Assembly: GCA_965649225.1 (NCBI GenBank)
Contig: CBFGJX010000002.1
Coordinates: 32,001-96,000 of the forward strand
From: a candidate division WOR-3 bacterium
GTDB taxonomy: Bacteria > Hydrothermota > Tepidihabitantia > Tepidihabitantales > Tepidihabitantaceae
DNA length: 64,000 nt
Reading direction: 5' to 3'
Shown: piece by piece, positions 8,203 through 17,072 of the stretch
Layout: every line of letters begins with the position of its first letter
Position numbering within the stretch: the first letter of the stretch is position 1
Translations under genes and position numbers: made by a program
Notes under the pieces: generated by a model
Database searches by the model: none
What the model saw: only the letters and a program-made list of their open reading frames with translations
What the model was told of the DNA's origin: nothing

Positions 8203-10176
8203 ATGCTTCTGGCCCTTGCCACTGTCTTTCTCCTCGTCGGAGCTGTTACAGTGTCGTTCTGGCTTGGGCGCCGTTCGCTGAAAAAGACCGTCAGGCTGCT
8301 GGAGGCCAGAGTATGGCGGCTGCAGTCGGAGGTCAACCGGCGCTACCTCGAACGACTGGCTCCGATGCAGCGACGACTCGGTTGTCTGTATCTGAACGGA
8401 CTGCCTGCCGCCAGTTCTGCCAGCATCACCGAGGGCTTTGAAGCCGGCGTCCGTTATGCGGCTCAGGCGGCTTGGGACAGGGCGCTGACCCGCTGGAGCA
8501 CACTGTTGCCAAAAGCTGAGAAATCCGAGGGCATTGCGTTGCAGTTTCTTTGCGCCGGCTGCGAGGTTCTGCTCGGACGGCTCGAAGCTGCCGCCGGTAG
8601 GCTGGCAGCAGCGTTTGAACTGGCGTCGGGTGATTCTCGTGGTGCGGCGGCGTGCGCATTTGCGCTCGGCAAAATAAAGCTGGAACTCCACCAGAAGGAT
8701 GAGGCCCGGGAGCGCCTTGCAACCGCCCTCGCGCTGGCCGAGACTGCTGGCGACAAGGCGCTGCTGGCCGAGTCTTCGACACTGCTGGCGGAGCTAGAGG
8801 CGGAGAGGGGGTTGGCCGATCGGGCGACCGAGCTGCACCGCCGGGCGCTGAGAATCCGTGAGGAGCTGCGTGATACTGCCGGGGCCGGTAGACAATACGG
8901 GGCAATCGGTCGATTGCTTGCGGCGCGTGGTCAACTTGTCGCAGCCCGTGCTGCCTACGAGGATGGCCTTGAGCTTGCAAGGCGGGCCCGGGACCGTCTC
9001 GGAGAGGCCAACCAGCTCGTAGCAATCGGTGTTCTGCTTTCGCAACAAAATGAGAGGCGCCGGGCGCTTGAGGTTCTGGATCGCGCCTTCGCTCTCTACG
9101 AGGAAATCCGAAACTGGCACGGTGCGGCTGCCGCGGCCTATGAGATCGGCCGAGTGCGCGAATCGATTGGTGATGACGATTCGGCGATTGAGTACTTTGA
9201 GCGCTCGCTGCAGTTTGCCCGTCAGATACATGACGAAGGACTGATTGCTTTGGCCGAGTCGGCGATTGCACGCGGCTGTGCCCGTCACGGGGCGTATGAC
9301 CGTGCACTTGAGCTGCTTTACGATTCGTCACGACTGCATCGGCTTGGGGGACGGACCTCTGCTGCTGCCAGTGATCTGGCGGTGATCGCCCGGATTCGGG
9401 GTCAGCTGCACGACGTCACTGAGGCGTTGAACTGTCTTGGACAGGCGCGCCAGCTTTTTGATGAAGCCGGCGACAGACCCGGAGCGATTCAATGTCTGAT
9501 TGATGAAGGTGAACTGGTCATGCGATCAGAACCGGAACGGGCGCTGCGGTGCACAGAAGAAGCCCTACGGCTGGCGCATGAGCTTGGACGGCGTGATCTG
9601 GAGGCCGGTGCGTTGTCTGTGCAGGCCCGTATTCAGACGGCTCTGGGTGAGCTTCGGGCAGCGGCCGCGTCGTATCGGGCGGCAATCGCAATCCGTGCTC
9701 AGTTGGGCGATGAGCGCAGTCTCGTTGAAGATGAGGTCGCTTATGCGTCGGTCAGTCGACAACTGGGTGACCTGACGGAGGCTGAACGCTGTCTGGGGCA
9801 CGCCTTGGGCCGTGCTCAAGCCGCGGGCGACGAGCTCGCTCAGGCGGAGGTCCTGCTGGCGACGGGTGAGGTCCACTTGGCCGCGGATCGCGCCGCCGCC
9901 GCCAGAGATGTCTTTCGCCAGGCGTTGCATTTACTTATGGGCACCAGCCGGACCGATCTTGAAGCCTCGGCACTGCATTGCCTTGGCCGGGCGTTGTTCG
10001 AAACCGGCGAGACTCAGGAGGCCCGGCGATGTTTAGAACTAGCGCTCAAGGCTTACGGACGGCTTGGCTCCCGCGAGGCGATGGAAGAAGTTTCCCGCAC
10101 GTTGAGCCTTATGCCAGCTCCGGAAAAGGGCACGGTTCAGATTGTCGACCGGGAGGCTGACCCGGGCCGCAATTGA
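8203..10176 (+). CDS. Membrane-anchored TPR-repeat protein
   Basis: N-terminal hydrophobic helix, then ~40-aa helical repeats (A..Y..AL.LAR...D..G.A). Confidence 0.8.
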   Translation: MLLALATVFLLVGAVTVSFWLGRRSLKKTVRLLEARVWRLQSEVNRRYLERLAPMQRRLGCLYLNGLPAASSASITEGFEAGVRYAAQAAWDRALTRWSTLLPKAEKSEGIALQFLCAGCEVLLGRLEAAAGRLAAAFELASGDSRGAAACAFALGKIKLELHQKDEARERLATALALAETAGDKALLAESSTLLAELEAERGLADRATELHRRALRIREELRDTAGAGRQYGAIGRLLAARGQLVAARAAYEDGLELARRARDRLGEANQLVAIGVLLSQQNERRRALEVLDRAFALYEEIRNWHGAAAAAYEIGRVRESIGDDDSAIEYFERSLQFARQIHDEGLIALAESAIARGCARHGAYDRALELLYDSSRLHRLGGRTSAAASDLAVIARIRGQLHDVTEALNCLGQARQLFDEAGDRPGAIQCLIDEGELVMRSEPERALRCTEEALRLAHELGRRDLEAGALSVQARIQTALGELRAAAASYRAAIAIRAQLGDERSLVEDEVAYASVSRQLGDLTEAERCLGHALGRAQAAGDELAQAEVLLATGEVHLAADRAAAARDVFRQALHLLMGTSRTDLEASALHCLGRALFETGETQEARRCLELALKAYGRLGSREAMEEVSRTLSLMPAPEKGTVQIVDREADPGRN

Positions 10177-10200
10177 CAGATTGCTTCTGGTTACTAGAAT
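10173..10200 (+). promoter_or_regulatory. sigma70-like promoter of tRNA-Val
   Basis: TTGACA-N16-TAGAAT; -35 contains the TPR gene stop codon. Confidence 0.75.
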
Positions 10201-10208
10201 GCGGTCGA

Positions 10209-10282
10209 GGGCGATTAGCTCAGTTGGTTAGAGCGCTGGTCTCACATACCAGAGGTCACAAGTTCAACTCTTGTATCGCCCA
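10209..10282 (+). tRNA. tRNA-Val(CAC)
   Basis: Acceptor GGGCGAT/ATCGCCC; anticodon arm CTGGT-CTCACAT-ACCAG; GTTCAA T loop; no CCA. Confidence 0.95.
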
Positions 10283-10308
10283 TAGAAACTGCGGGGCGGT
10301 TGCCTGTT

Positions 10309-10797
10309 CTACCCGCGTCGCTTGATGGGTACGGTGCGGTTGCCCTGCCAGCTGTAACCCATTTGACGTCGATAGCGACGACGCTGCAAATCACTGAACT
10401 TGAGCCGGTCGCAGGCCTCCTCGAAGGAAACGCCTTTCTTCAAAAGCTCCCGTAGCGCCTGCTGACGCATCATCCGTTGCACCCTGCCGGCCGGTTCGAG
10501 TTTCGGTCTCACCCGCCTGATCGCCTCGCGAACATGATAGTCGCTGACCCCGTACTTGGCGCCGATAGCGGTCAATGACATGCCGCGATCGTGCAATCTG
10601 GCCATTGCTTCACAGACGCCGACAGAAATCGTTCGGTGCCAGGCACGGATGCGCTTGCCGGGTTTCAGTTTCAGTCGGGGCATGAGCTGTCTGATTCTTT
10701 CCCGTGACACTCCTACTGCCCGGGCCAGATCAGCCTGCGTCATGTTGTGAACAGCCTTGCCGAGTTTGTTGATCTTTTCAATTGCGGTCAAAGGCAT
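10309..10797 (-). CDS. Small basic protein with three tandem HTH-like motifs
   Basis: MTQADLARAVGVSRERIRQL; GMSLTAIGAKYGVSDYHVREAI; GVSFEEACDRLKFS; start 10797 after AAGGA (10812 possible). Confidence 0.75.
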   Translation of the reverse strand: MPLTAIEKINKLGKAVHNMTQADLARAVGVSRERIRQLMPRLKLKPGKRIRAWHRTISVGVCEAMARLHDRGMSLTAIGAKYGVSDYHVREAIRRVRPKLEPAGRVQRMMRQQALRELLKKGVSFEEACDRLKFSDLQRRRYRRQMGYSWQGNRTVPIKRRG

Positions 10798-10851
10798 GGG
10801 ATATCCTTTCATTTGAAGGACTATCAGTGTTCCTGTACGAGTTGCTGTTCA

Positions 10852-12426
10852 TTATCTGGGGAGCTGTGCCTTGAGGACGGTCATCCGGTTGCCGCTGCGG
10901 CACGATAGAAAGACCGTACCTTGTGCCTGGACCAGCTTGGCCAGAGCGACAGATTCGCCTGCTCTCATGACAACTGCTGAGCAAAGCCGGCCAGCAGCGT
11001 CGTAGCTCCTTACCGAAAGTTGGCCGGTGAGATTCGGGTCGGCAAATAGCCGGGCGGAACGGATGGTTGCCAACGGACGGGCGCCGAGGCCCGTGGGGGA
11101 GGGCTCGCACGCCCAGACTCTCGGGGCTGAGAGACAATAGACATGGTCGGTCATCCGTCCCTGGTCCTGCAGCCCAACGAGCACCTCCGGGCGTCCATCG
11201 CCATCAAGATCGCAGGCCCCCGTTACGTCGTAAACGCGTTCCGAGAAGTCGTAATACCAGAGTGCCTGGCCATTGCTGCCACTGAAAACCCGCACCGAGC
11301 CGTTGCCGTTGCCAAGGCAGCCTGCGACTACCTCAGGAAGTCCATCACCAGATATGTCAGCCAGCGTGTCAACCGCCCAGACGTCGGCACCGACAGCGCC
11401 GGACCACAGCGTTGCCCCGGTGGCGCCGGATAACACGTGAACATTGCTGTCCCAGGAGCCGACGACAACGTCGTCGATACTGTCACCGTTGACGTCGCGG
11501 ATCGGCACCACTTCCATGACGACTCGGTTGCCAGCGGGTTGGACCTGCCAGACTTGGGCGCCGCTGGCTCCTTCCAGGCAGTACACCTTGTAGTCCCAGC
11601 CACCCCCAATGCAGTCGTCGATTCCGGAACGATTGACATCCCGGATGCGTTCGACGTCGGACACCGAACCGCCGCGCTGGGATGACCAGAGCTGGGCGCC
11701 GTTGAGACCGCTTACGCAGTAAACGTTGTTGTCGAGGCTGTTGCCGCCGGCGGCGACGAGGACATCAGGAACAAGATCGCGGTTGATGTCGACGAAGGGT
11801 GCAACGCTCTGGCAGCCGTCAAGCGGGACGCGAAAAGTCCAGATCGTTGCTCCCCGGCGGCCGGAAATCAGCACGACGTGGCCAGACCGGTCTTCGACGA
11901 TACCGCCCGTGCCGCCGAGTGCTTCCGGCACCGAGTCGCGGTCAATATCAACAAAGCTGCGTACCGTATAGACCCAGCCCCAGGTGTCGCCCGGGTATGG
12001 CGAGTTGACCCAGATGTTGGTGCCATCAAGACCGCTGACCGCAACGATCGACCGGCCAGGCGGAATGTAGGTGCCGGCGGTGCCGAGGAGAACGTCGCCG
12101 CGACCGTCGCCATTGAGGTCAGGCGAGGCATCGAGACCTTTGTTGCCCCAGGTGCCGTAGGCACTCCGACTGACCCAGATGGTATCGCCGTCAGCGCCTG
12201 AAAGACAGTACAGTTTGCGCGGATCAGAAGGGTAGGCGCCATAGTAGGTGGCGGCGACGACCTCGGGTCGGTTATCGCCGTTGATGTCCGGTATCGTTAC
12301 CAGCGAGTAGATGCCGTCGTTGCCTTCAAATGACCACAGCACCTCTCCCTGCGGCTGAGCGCTGACAAAGCAAAAGCAAAACAGGATGCCGCCAAGGACA
12401 GCGGCGGGCTTCATTGCAGTATCCAT
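10852..12426 (-). CDS. Secreted FG-GAP/PQQ-like beta-propeller protein with C-terminal sorting-like domain
   Basis: Signal peptide; repeated DxNGD...(V/L)YCLSG.xG..IW units; YDAAGRL near C terminus. Confidence 0.8.
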   Translation of the reverse strand: MDTAMKPAAVLGGILFCFCFVSAQPQGEVLWSFEGNDGIYSLVTIPDINGDNRPEVVAATYYGAYPSDPRKLYCLSGADGDTIWVSRSAYGTWGNKGLDASPDLNGDGRGDVLLGTAGTYIPPGRSIVAVSGLDGTNIWVNSPYPGDTWGWVYTVRSFVDIDRDSVPEALGGTGGIVEDRSGHVVLISGRRGATIWTFRVPLDGCQSVAPFVDINRDLVPDVLVAAGGNSLDNNVYCVSGLNGAQLWSSQRGGSVSDVERIRDVNRSGIDDCIGGGWDYKVYCLEGASGAQVWQVQPAGNRVVMEVVPIRDVNGDSIDDVVVGSWDSNVHVLSGATGATLWSGAVGADVWAVDTLADISGDGLPEVVAGCLGNGNGSVRVFSGSNGQALWYYDFSERVYDVTGACDLDGDGRPEVLVGLQDQGRMTDHVYCLSAPRVWACEPSPTGLGARPLATIRSARLFADPNLTGQLSVRSYDAAGRLCSAVVMRAGESVALAKLVQAQGTVFLSCRSGNRMTVLKAQLPR

Positions 12427-12430
12427 CTTG

Positions 12431-13273
12431 TCATTGCGGGGTGATGGTGATCGGAGAGATGGCGCTGCCGTTCACAGTTCGCAGCAGCGCGAAGTACAGC
12501 CCGACCGGCAGCCGTCGGCCCGTCTGGTCGGTGCAGTCCCAGGTCAGACTACCGGAAGAACCAGCCAGTCGCCAGCTCCGGCGGACAGTTCCGGACGGGT
12601 CGTATATTGTCAATGACGCCGGCCGGTTGGCCAACGGTCCAAAAACCAGGGTGGCATAGCGATGAACTGGAACAGGCGCTATTCTTAGGACAGGTTGAAT
12701 GCTGTGAGTCGGCGTCTCGGTCACGGCCCCGGCCCCGGGGGAGAAGTCGGCATCGTCGATGTAGACCACCCCGCCGGCCGGCCCCCCGGTGAAGCCATAG
12801 ATCCGTAGCAGGACGTTGGCAACTGCGGCATTGGCCGGTGCCGTGTCGGTCTTGCTGAGTAGCTGCCAGGTGTGAATCGCCGAATCAGTGTAAACCGTGC
12901 CGCTGTTTTCGATGAAAGTATCACCAGCGGTACGCCAAGTGATGCTTAGCCCACCTCGCGCGTTGGGGTCGTCGTCATAATACCACGCCTGCAGGGTATA
13001 AACCTGACCGGGCGTGACGGCAACATTCTGCCGCAGACCATAGTTGTTACCCGTGCCGGTAACGAGCCGGGTAATTTTCGCCGAGAAGGACGGAGACCGG
13101 ACCGGGTCACCGCATTGTTCGACTCTGGCCTTGGTTGTGTCTTCTGCCAGCCAACCAACCGGCTGGTATGGGCCGCTCCACTGGGACAGGTCGCCGTTTA
13201 CCAGCAGATTCGCCACCGCAAGACCGGACACCAGGGTTGCCGCTAACAAGATTCTGCGCATTAGGCTCCTCAT
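12431..13273 (-). CDS. Secreted CBM4/9-like (galactose-binding fold) protein with FlgD/T9SS-like C-terminal domain
   Basis: Signal peptide; NLLVNGD, Q.V.VTPGQVYTL.AW, VYIDD; IYDPSG...WDCTDQTGRRLPVGLYF. Confidence 0.7.
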   Translation of the reverse strand: MRSLMRRILLAATLVSGLAVANLLVNGDLSQWSGPYQPVGWLAEDTTKARVEQCGDPVRSPSFSAKITRLVTGTGNNYGLRQNVAVTPGQVYTLQAWYYDDDPNARGGLSITWRTAGDTFIENSGTVYTDSAIHTWQLLSKTDTAPANAAVANVLLRIYGFTGGPAGGVVYIDDADFSPGAGAVTETPTHSIQPVLRIAPVPVHRYATLVFGPLANRPASLTIYDPSGTVRRSWRLAGSSGSLTWDCTDQTGRRLPVGLYFALLRTVNGSAISPITITPQ

Positions 13274-13300
13274 TTCTCCGGCAAGACTCGCCGGCGAGCA

Positions 13301-13615
13301 TCAACCCGCGTGGATTTTGGAAACAGCGATGCGGGTCAACGGCTGTCGATGACCTTTCTTGCGTCGATAGTTTTCTCGACGGATAAACTTGAAGCTTGTA
13401 ACCTTGTCAGCACGCAGGTGATCGACCACCTTCGCCTCAACGTATGCTGAACCCACGTGGGGGCGACCGAGTTTGAGTTCGGTATCGGTCTTGACCAGTA
13501 GAACCTTCTCGATTCGCAGATCGGTACCCGGTTCACCGGACAGACGCGGTACCACCAGCGTTTCACCTTCGTGGACAAGATATTGAAAACCCGATATTTC
13601 AACAACAGCGTACAT
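13301..13615 (-). CDS. rplU: 50S ribosomal protein L21
   Basis: MYAVVEISGFQYLV...YRRKKGHRQPLT. Confidence 0.97.
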   Translation of the reverse strand: MYAVVEISGFQYLVHEGETLVVPRLSGEPGTDLRIEKVLLVKTDTELKLGRPHVGSAYVEAKVVDHLRADKVTSFKFIRRENYRRKKGHRQPLTRIAVSKIHAG

Positions 13616-13617
13616 GG

Positions 13618-13926
13618 CTATTCTCCTGTCGGTGTCGGTGTCACGGGCGACGAGCCGGATTGTTCGGCAGGCGCCGGGCGGCCGACGGTCCGCGGACGAT
13701 TCTGGCGGGCAGAAAGCAGGACGAGCGTCAACGAAGTAATCATGAAAAGGATTGCAGCGCCGGCGGTGAGTTTGGTCATGAATGGAGCAGCACCGCCACC
13801 GCCAAAGACGCTTTCACCACCGCCGATGATTGATGCCATGCCGCCTTTCTGGGGCTGCTGGATCAGCACAATGAGTATCAGCAGAACAGCGACAAGCATG
13901 TGCAGAAAGATTACCACTCCGTACAC
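13618..13926 (-). CDS. secG: Preprotein translocase subunit SecG
   Basis: LILIVLIQQPQKGGMA...FMTKLT; GTG start at 13926 after AAGGAG; follows tpiA. Confidence 0.92.
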   Translation of the reverse strand: MYGVVIFLHMLVAVLLILIVLIQQPQKGGMASIIGGGESVFGGGGAAPFMTKLTAGAAILFMITSLTLVLLSARQNRPRTVGRPAPAEQSGSSPVTPTPTGE

Positions 13927-13948
13927 AGTTATTCTCCTTTGGTTGTCA

Positions 13949-13976
13949 AGACTAACACTGTAACTGGTGATGTCAA
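13949..13976 (-). promoter_or_regulatory. sigma70-like promoter of secG-rplU
   Basis: TTGACA-N16-TAGTCT; -35 contains tpiA stop codon. Confidence 0.6.
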
Positions 13977-14752
13977 GACAAGCGACGATTCTCCAGAAAA
14001 GAAGCCGACCCCACTTCTGCGATTCTGAAAAAAGATTCGGGCTGGAGGCTCGCCCCACCGACCAGCAGGCCGTCGACTTCCGGCAGTGCCAGCAGTTCAG
14101 CGGCAACAGCCGGAGTGACGCTACCGCCGTAGAGCAGCCGTGTCCGCTCAGCGGTATCAGCTCCGAAGCGCACGGTGAGCCAGTGACGCAGCCACTGGTG
14201 TACGTTGACAATCTGGTTAGCCGTGGCGGTATTGCCGGTACCGATTGCCCAGACCGGTTCGTAGGCGATGACCGTTTCGCCGCCAAAATCAGCAGGGGCA
14301 ACTACCGACAGTTGCCGTTCCAGGACGCCGAAGGTGCTGCCCTGACTTCGTTCTGTGGCGGTTTCGCCGCAGCAGAACACCGGCGTCAGGCCCGTCGCGC
14401 GGGCGGCGGCGAGTTTACGGGCACAGATGCTGTCGGTTTCGCCAAAGACATTCCGTCGTTCCGAGTGGCCGACTATCACATAGCTGCAACCAAGTTCGGC
14501 GAGGAACTGGCCCGAAACTGCCCCGGTGAATGGCCCGGAAAGCTCCCAGTGCAGGTCCTGTCCGCCCCAGCGTACCGTTGTGCCAGTCAAGTTTTCGGCG
14601 ACGGCTGGAAGCGCCGTATAGGGTGGAAAGACCACCAGCTCTGCCGGGAGGCGGTCCGGCTCAAGTTTCTTCAGAGCTCGACAGTAATCGCCTGCCTGAG
14701 CAGCCGTCTTGTTCATTTTCCAGTTTCCAGCGATCAGCGGTATGCGGCTCAT
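13973..14752 (-). CDS. tpiA: Triosephosphate isomerase
   Basis: AGNWKMN, GHSERR, AYEPVWAIGTG, YGGSV, VGGASL. Confidence 0.97.
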   Translation of the reverse strand: MSRIPLIAGNWKMNKTAAQAGDYCRALKKLEPDRLPAELVVFPPYTALPAVAENLTGTTVRWGGQDLHWELSGPFTGAVSGQFLAELGCSYVIVGHSERRNVFGETDSICARKLAAARATGLTPVFCCGETATERSQGSTFGVLERQLSVVAPADFGGETVIAYEPVWAIGTGNTATANQIVNVHQWLRHWLTVRFGADTAERTRLLYGGSVTPAVAAELLALPEVDGLLVGGASLQPESFFRIAEVGSASFLENRRLS

Positions 14753-15933
14753 GGACAGCGGTCGGCCAAAGCAGCGACGCCGGGTAGGATGCTGCCTTCA
14801 AGGAACTTCAGGCAGGCCCCGCCACCGGTTGAGACATGGCTTACCCGATTCAGGTAGCCGAACTGATCGAGCGCGGCCGCAGTATCGCCGCCAGCGACAA
14901 CCGTTGTCGCGCCGTTCGCAGTTGCGGCGGCAACTGCCTTTGCGATAGCCAGTGTTCCATGGGCGAACCGGGGCTGTTCAAAGACGCCCATCGGACCGGC
15001 CCAGACTATTGTCCGGGCATTAGCGATGATTTCAGCGAAGATGCGTTGTGTCACGGGACCAATGTCCAGTCCCATCAGTTCTGCTGGCATTCGGTCGACC
15101 GACGCGGCATTGCCGGTGGAGGCGTCGGGAGAGGCGGCGACAACTACATCGGCCGGCAGCACCACACGCTGGCTGGCCGCAGCTGCCAGAACCTCCTCCG
15201 GCAAACCCGGCTCCCACACCGACCGGCCGATGTTCAGCCCGCGACGCTTGAGAAAACTGAAGGCCGCACCGCCGCCGATCAGCAGTCGGTCAACTAGGGT
15301 CAGCAGGTTGGCAATCACACCTGCCTTATCCGCCACCTTCGACCCGCCGATGATGGCAACGAAGGGCCGCGCCGGCGATTCAATCACCCGTCCGAGGTAT
15401 TCGAGCTCCCTCGCCATCAACAGTCCGGCAGCGGGGCGCGGAAACTGTCTGGGCAGTGCATCAACTGAGGCGTGGGGGCGATGAGCGACACCGAAAGCGT
15501 CATTGACGTAATCGTCGGCGAGCGAGGCCAGCCCCCGGGCAAAGTCCGGGTCGTTGGCAGTCTCGCCGGGGTGGAAACGCAGGTTCTCCAACAGCGCAAC
15601 GACACCCGGTTTCAGCCGGCTGGCAAGTTCAGCGGCCTCCGGCCCGGAATAGACCGGCCAGAATTCCACTGGGTTCGTCAGCAGCTGTCGCAACCGTTCG
15701 GCGACCGGCAGGAGTGTCAGCGCCGGGTCGGGCTTTCCCTTGGGCTTGCCGAGGTGGGAACCGCAGATAACTGCGGCGCCTGATTCGATCAGCAGTTTCA
15801 GTGTGGGCAGCGCCGCCTTGATTCGTGCATCAGAGCGGACAGAACCATCCGGGCTAAGGGGGACATTGAAGTCGACGCGCAGAAAGACCCGTCGGCCCTT
15901 GACGTCCAGATCACGGACTGAGAGCTTCTGCAT
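14749..15933 (-). CDS. pgk: Phosphoglycerate kinase
   Basis: RVDFNVP, SHLG, LENLRF, NDAFG..HR, STGGGA; ATG at 15933 overlaps gap stop. Confidence 0.97.
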   Translation of the reverse strand: MQKLSVRDLDVKGRRVFLRVDFNVPLSPDGSVRSDARIKAALPTLKLLIESGAAVICGSHLGKPKGKPDPALTLLPVAERLRQLLTNPVEFWPVYSGPEAAELASRLKPGVVALLENLRFHPGETANDPDFARGLASLADDYVNDAFGVAHRPHASVDALPRQFPRPAAGLLMARELEYLGRVIESPARPFVAIIGGSKVADKAGVIANLLTLVDRLLIGGGAAFSFLKRRGLNIGRSVWEPGLPEEVLAAAASQRVVLPADVVVAASPDASTGNAASVDRMPAELMGLDIGPVTQRIFAEIIANARTIVWAGPMGVFEQPRFAHGTLAIAKAVAAATANGATTVVAGGDTAAALDQFGYLNRVSHVSTGGGACLKFLEGSILPGVAALADRCP

Positions 15934-16949
15934 CACTGTCTCTGCCAGCGCTCGGCGATGTAACAGGCAAGGTCCACCAGTCGGCACGAGTAACCGTATT
16001 CATTATCGTACCAGGCGAACACCTTGACCAGTCGCTCATCAACAACCGCAGTCAGGCGGGCGTCAACGATCGCCGAATGGGGGTTGCCGACCAGGTCGAC
16101 CGACACCAGTGGTTCTTCACTGTATTGCAGAATTCCCTTCAGCGGGCCTTCGGCTGCTGCCCGCAGAGCATCATTCACGGTTGCAGCTGTCGCCGGCTCC
16201 TTTACAGCACAGGCCAGGTCAACGATTGAGACGTCCGGCGTGGGCACGCGGATGGCGATGCCGTCAATCTTGCCCTTCAATTCCGGAAAAACGACACCCA
16301 GCATTCGGGCAGCCCCGGTTGATGTTGGTATCATTGACAGCGCTCCTGCCCGTGCCCGACGCAGGTCTTTGTGCGGCTGGTCGAGCAATGCCTGGTCGTT
16401 GGTATAGGCATGAACGGTTGTCATGAATGCACGCTCAATCTTGAATCGTTCGTGGATGACCTTCGCCACCGGGACAATGCAGTTGGTTGTACAGGAAGCG
16501 TTGGAAACCACCTTGTCCACAGCCGGGTCATAGGTCGCCTGATTGACACCCATCACGAGCGATTTGACGGGTTTGTCGCCCTTTGGCGGTGCCGATATGA
16601 CAACCTGACGCGCTCCGGCAGTGAGGTGCCCGGCTGCCTTGTCGTAGGATGTGAAAAGGCCGGTGGACTCAATAACGATGTCGACACCAAGTTGTCCCCA
16701 TGGCAATTCGGCCGGGTTGCGCACTGCGGAAACGCGGGCCCGACGCCCGGCAATCACCAGGGTGTCGCCGTCTAGTTCGACTTCGTTGAAACGTCCATGG
16801 ACCGAGTCGTATTTCAGAAGATGCGCCAGCGTTGCCGCATCGGTAATGTCGTTGATGCCTACCAGTTCGAGCATCGGATGCCGGGCGGTCAACCTGGCAA
16901 CAAGCCGTCCAATGCGTCCGAATCCATTTATCGCAAGTCGCACGGGCAT
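15933..16949 (-). CDS. gap: Type I glyceraldehyde-3-phosphate dehydrogenase
   Basis: INGFGRIGR, SNASCTTNC, WYDNEYGYS; SD AAGGAGG. Confidence 0.98.
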   Translation of the reverse strand: MPVRLAINGFGRIGRLVARLTARHPMLELVGINDITDAATLAHLLKYDSVHGRFNEVELDGDTLVIAGRRARVSAVRNPAELPWGQLGVDIVIESTGLFTSYDKAAGHLTAGARQVVISAPPKGDKPVKSLVMGVNQATYDPAVDKVVSNASCTTNCIVPVAKVIHERFKIERAFMTTVHAYTNDQALLDQPHKDLRRARAGALSMIPTSTGAARMLGVVFPELKGKIDGIAIRVPTPDVSIVDLACAVKEPATAATVNDALRAAAEGPLKGILQYSEEPLVSVDLVGNPHSAIVDARLTAVVDERLVKVFAWYDNEYGYSCRLVDLACYIAERWQRQ

Positions 16950-16981
16950 TATGCCTCCTTAAGTAGCAAGACCCAGAAGGG

Positions 16982-17009
16982 AAGATAACGGGGAACAGAT
17001 GCCTGTCAA
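16982..17009 (-). promoter_or_regulatory. sigma70-like promoter of gap operon
   Basis: TTGACA-N16-TATCTT. Confidence 0.65.
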
Positions 17010-17035
17010 CACTCGGACCGGGGCAAGAAACGACA

Positions 17036-17063
17036 TTGACAGCTGCGGGTGAAGCCGTAGCCT
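17036..17063 (+). promoter_or_regulatory. sigma70-like promoter of PKD lipoprotein gene
   Basis: TTGACA-N16-TAGCCT. Confidence 0.55.
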
Positions 17064-17072
17064 GTGGGTGCT

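Noticed and set aside
10209..10812. tRNA-Val plus HTH gene as an integrated element
   Set aside because: No integrase, no att-like duplication, no obvious composition shift
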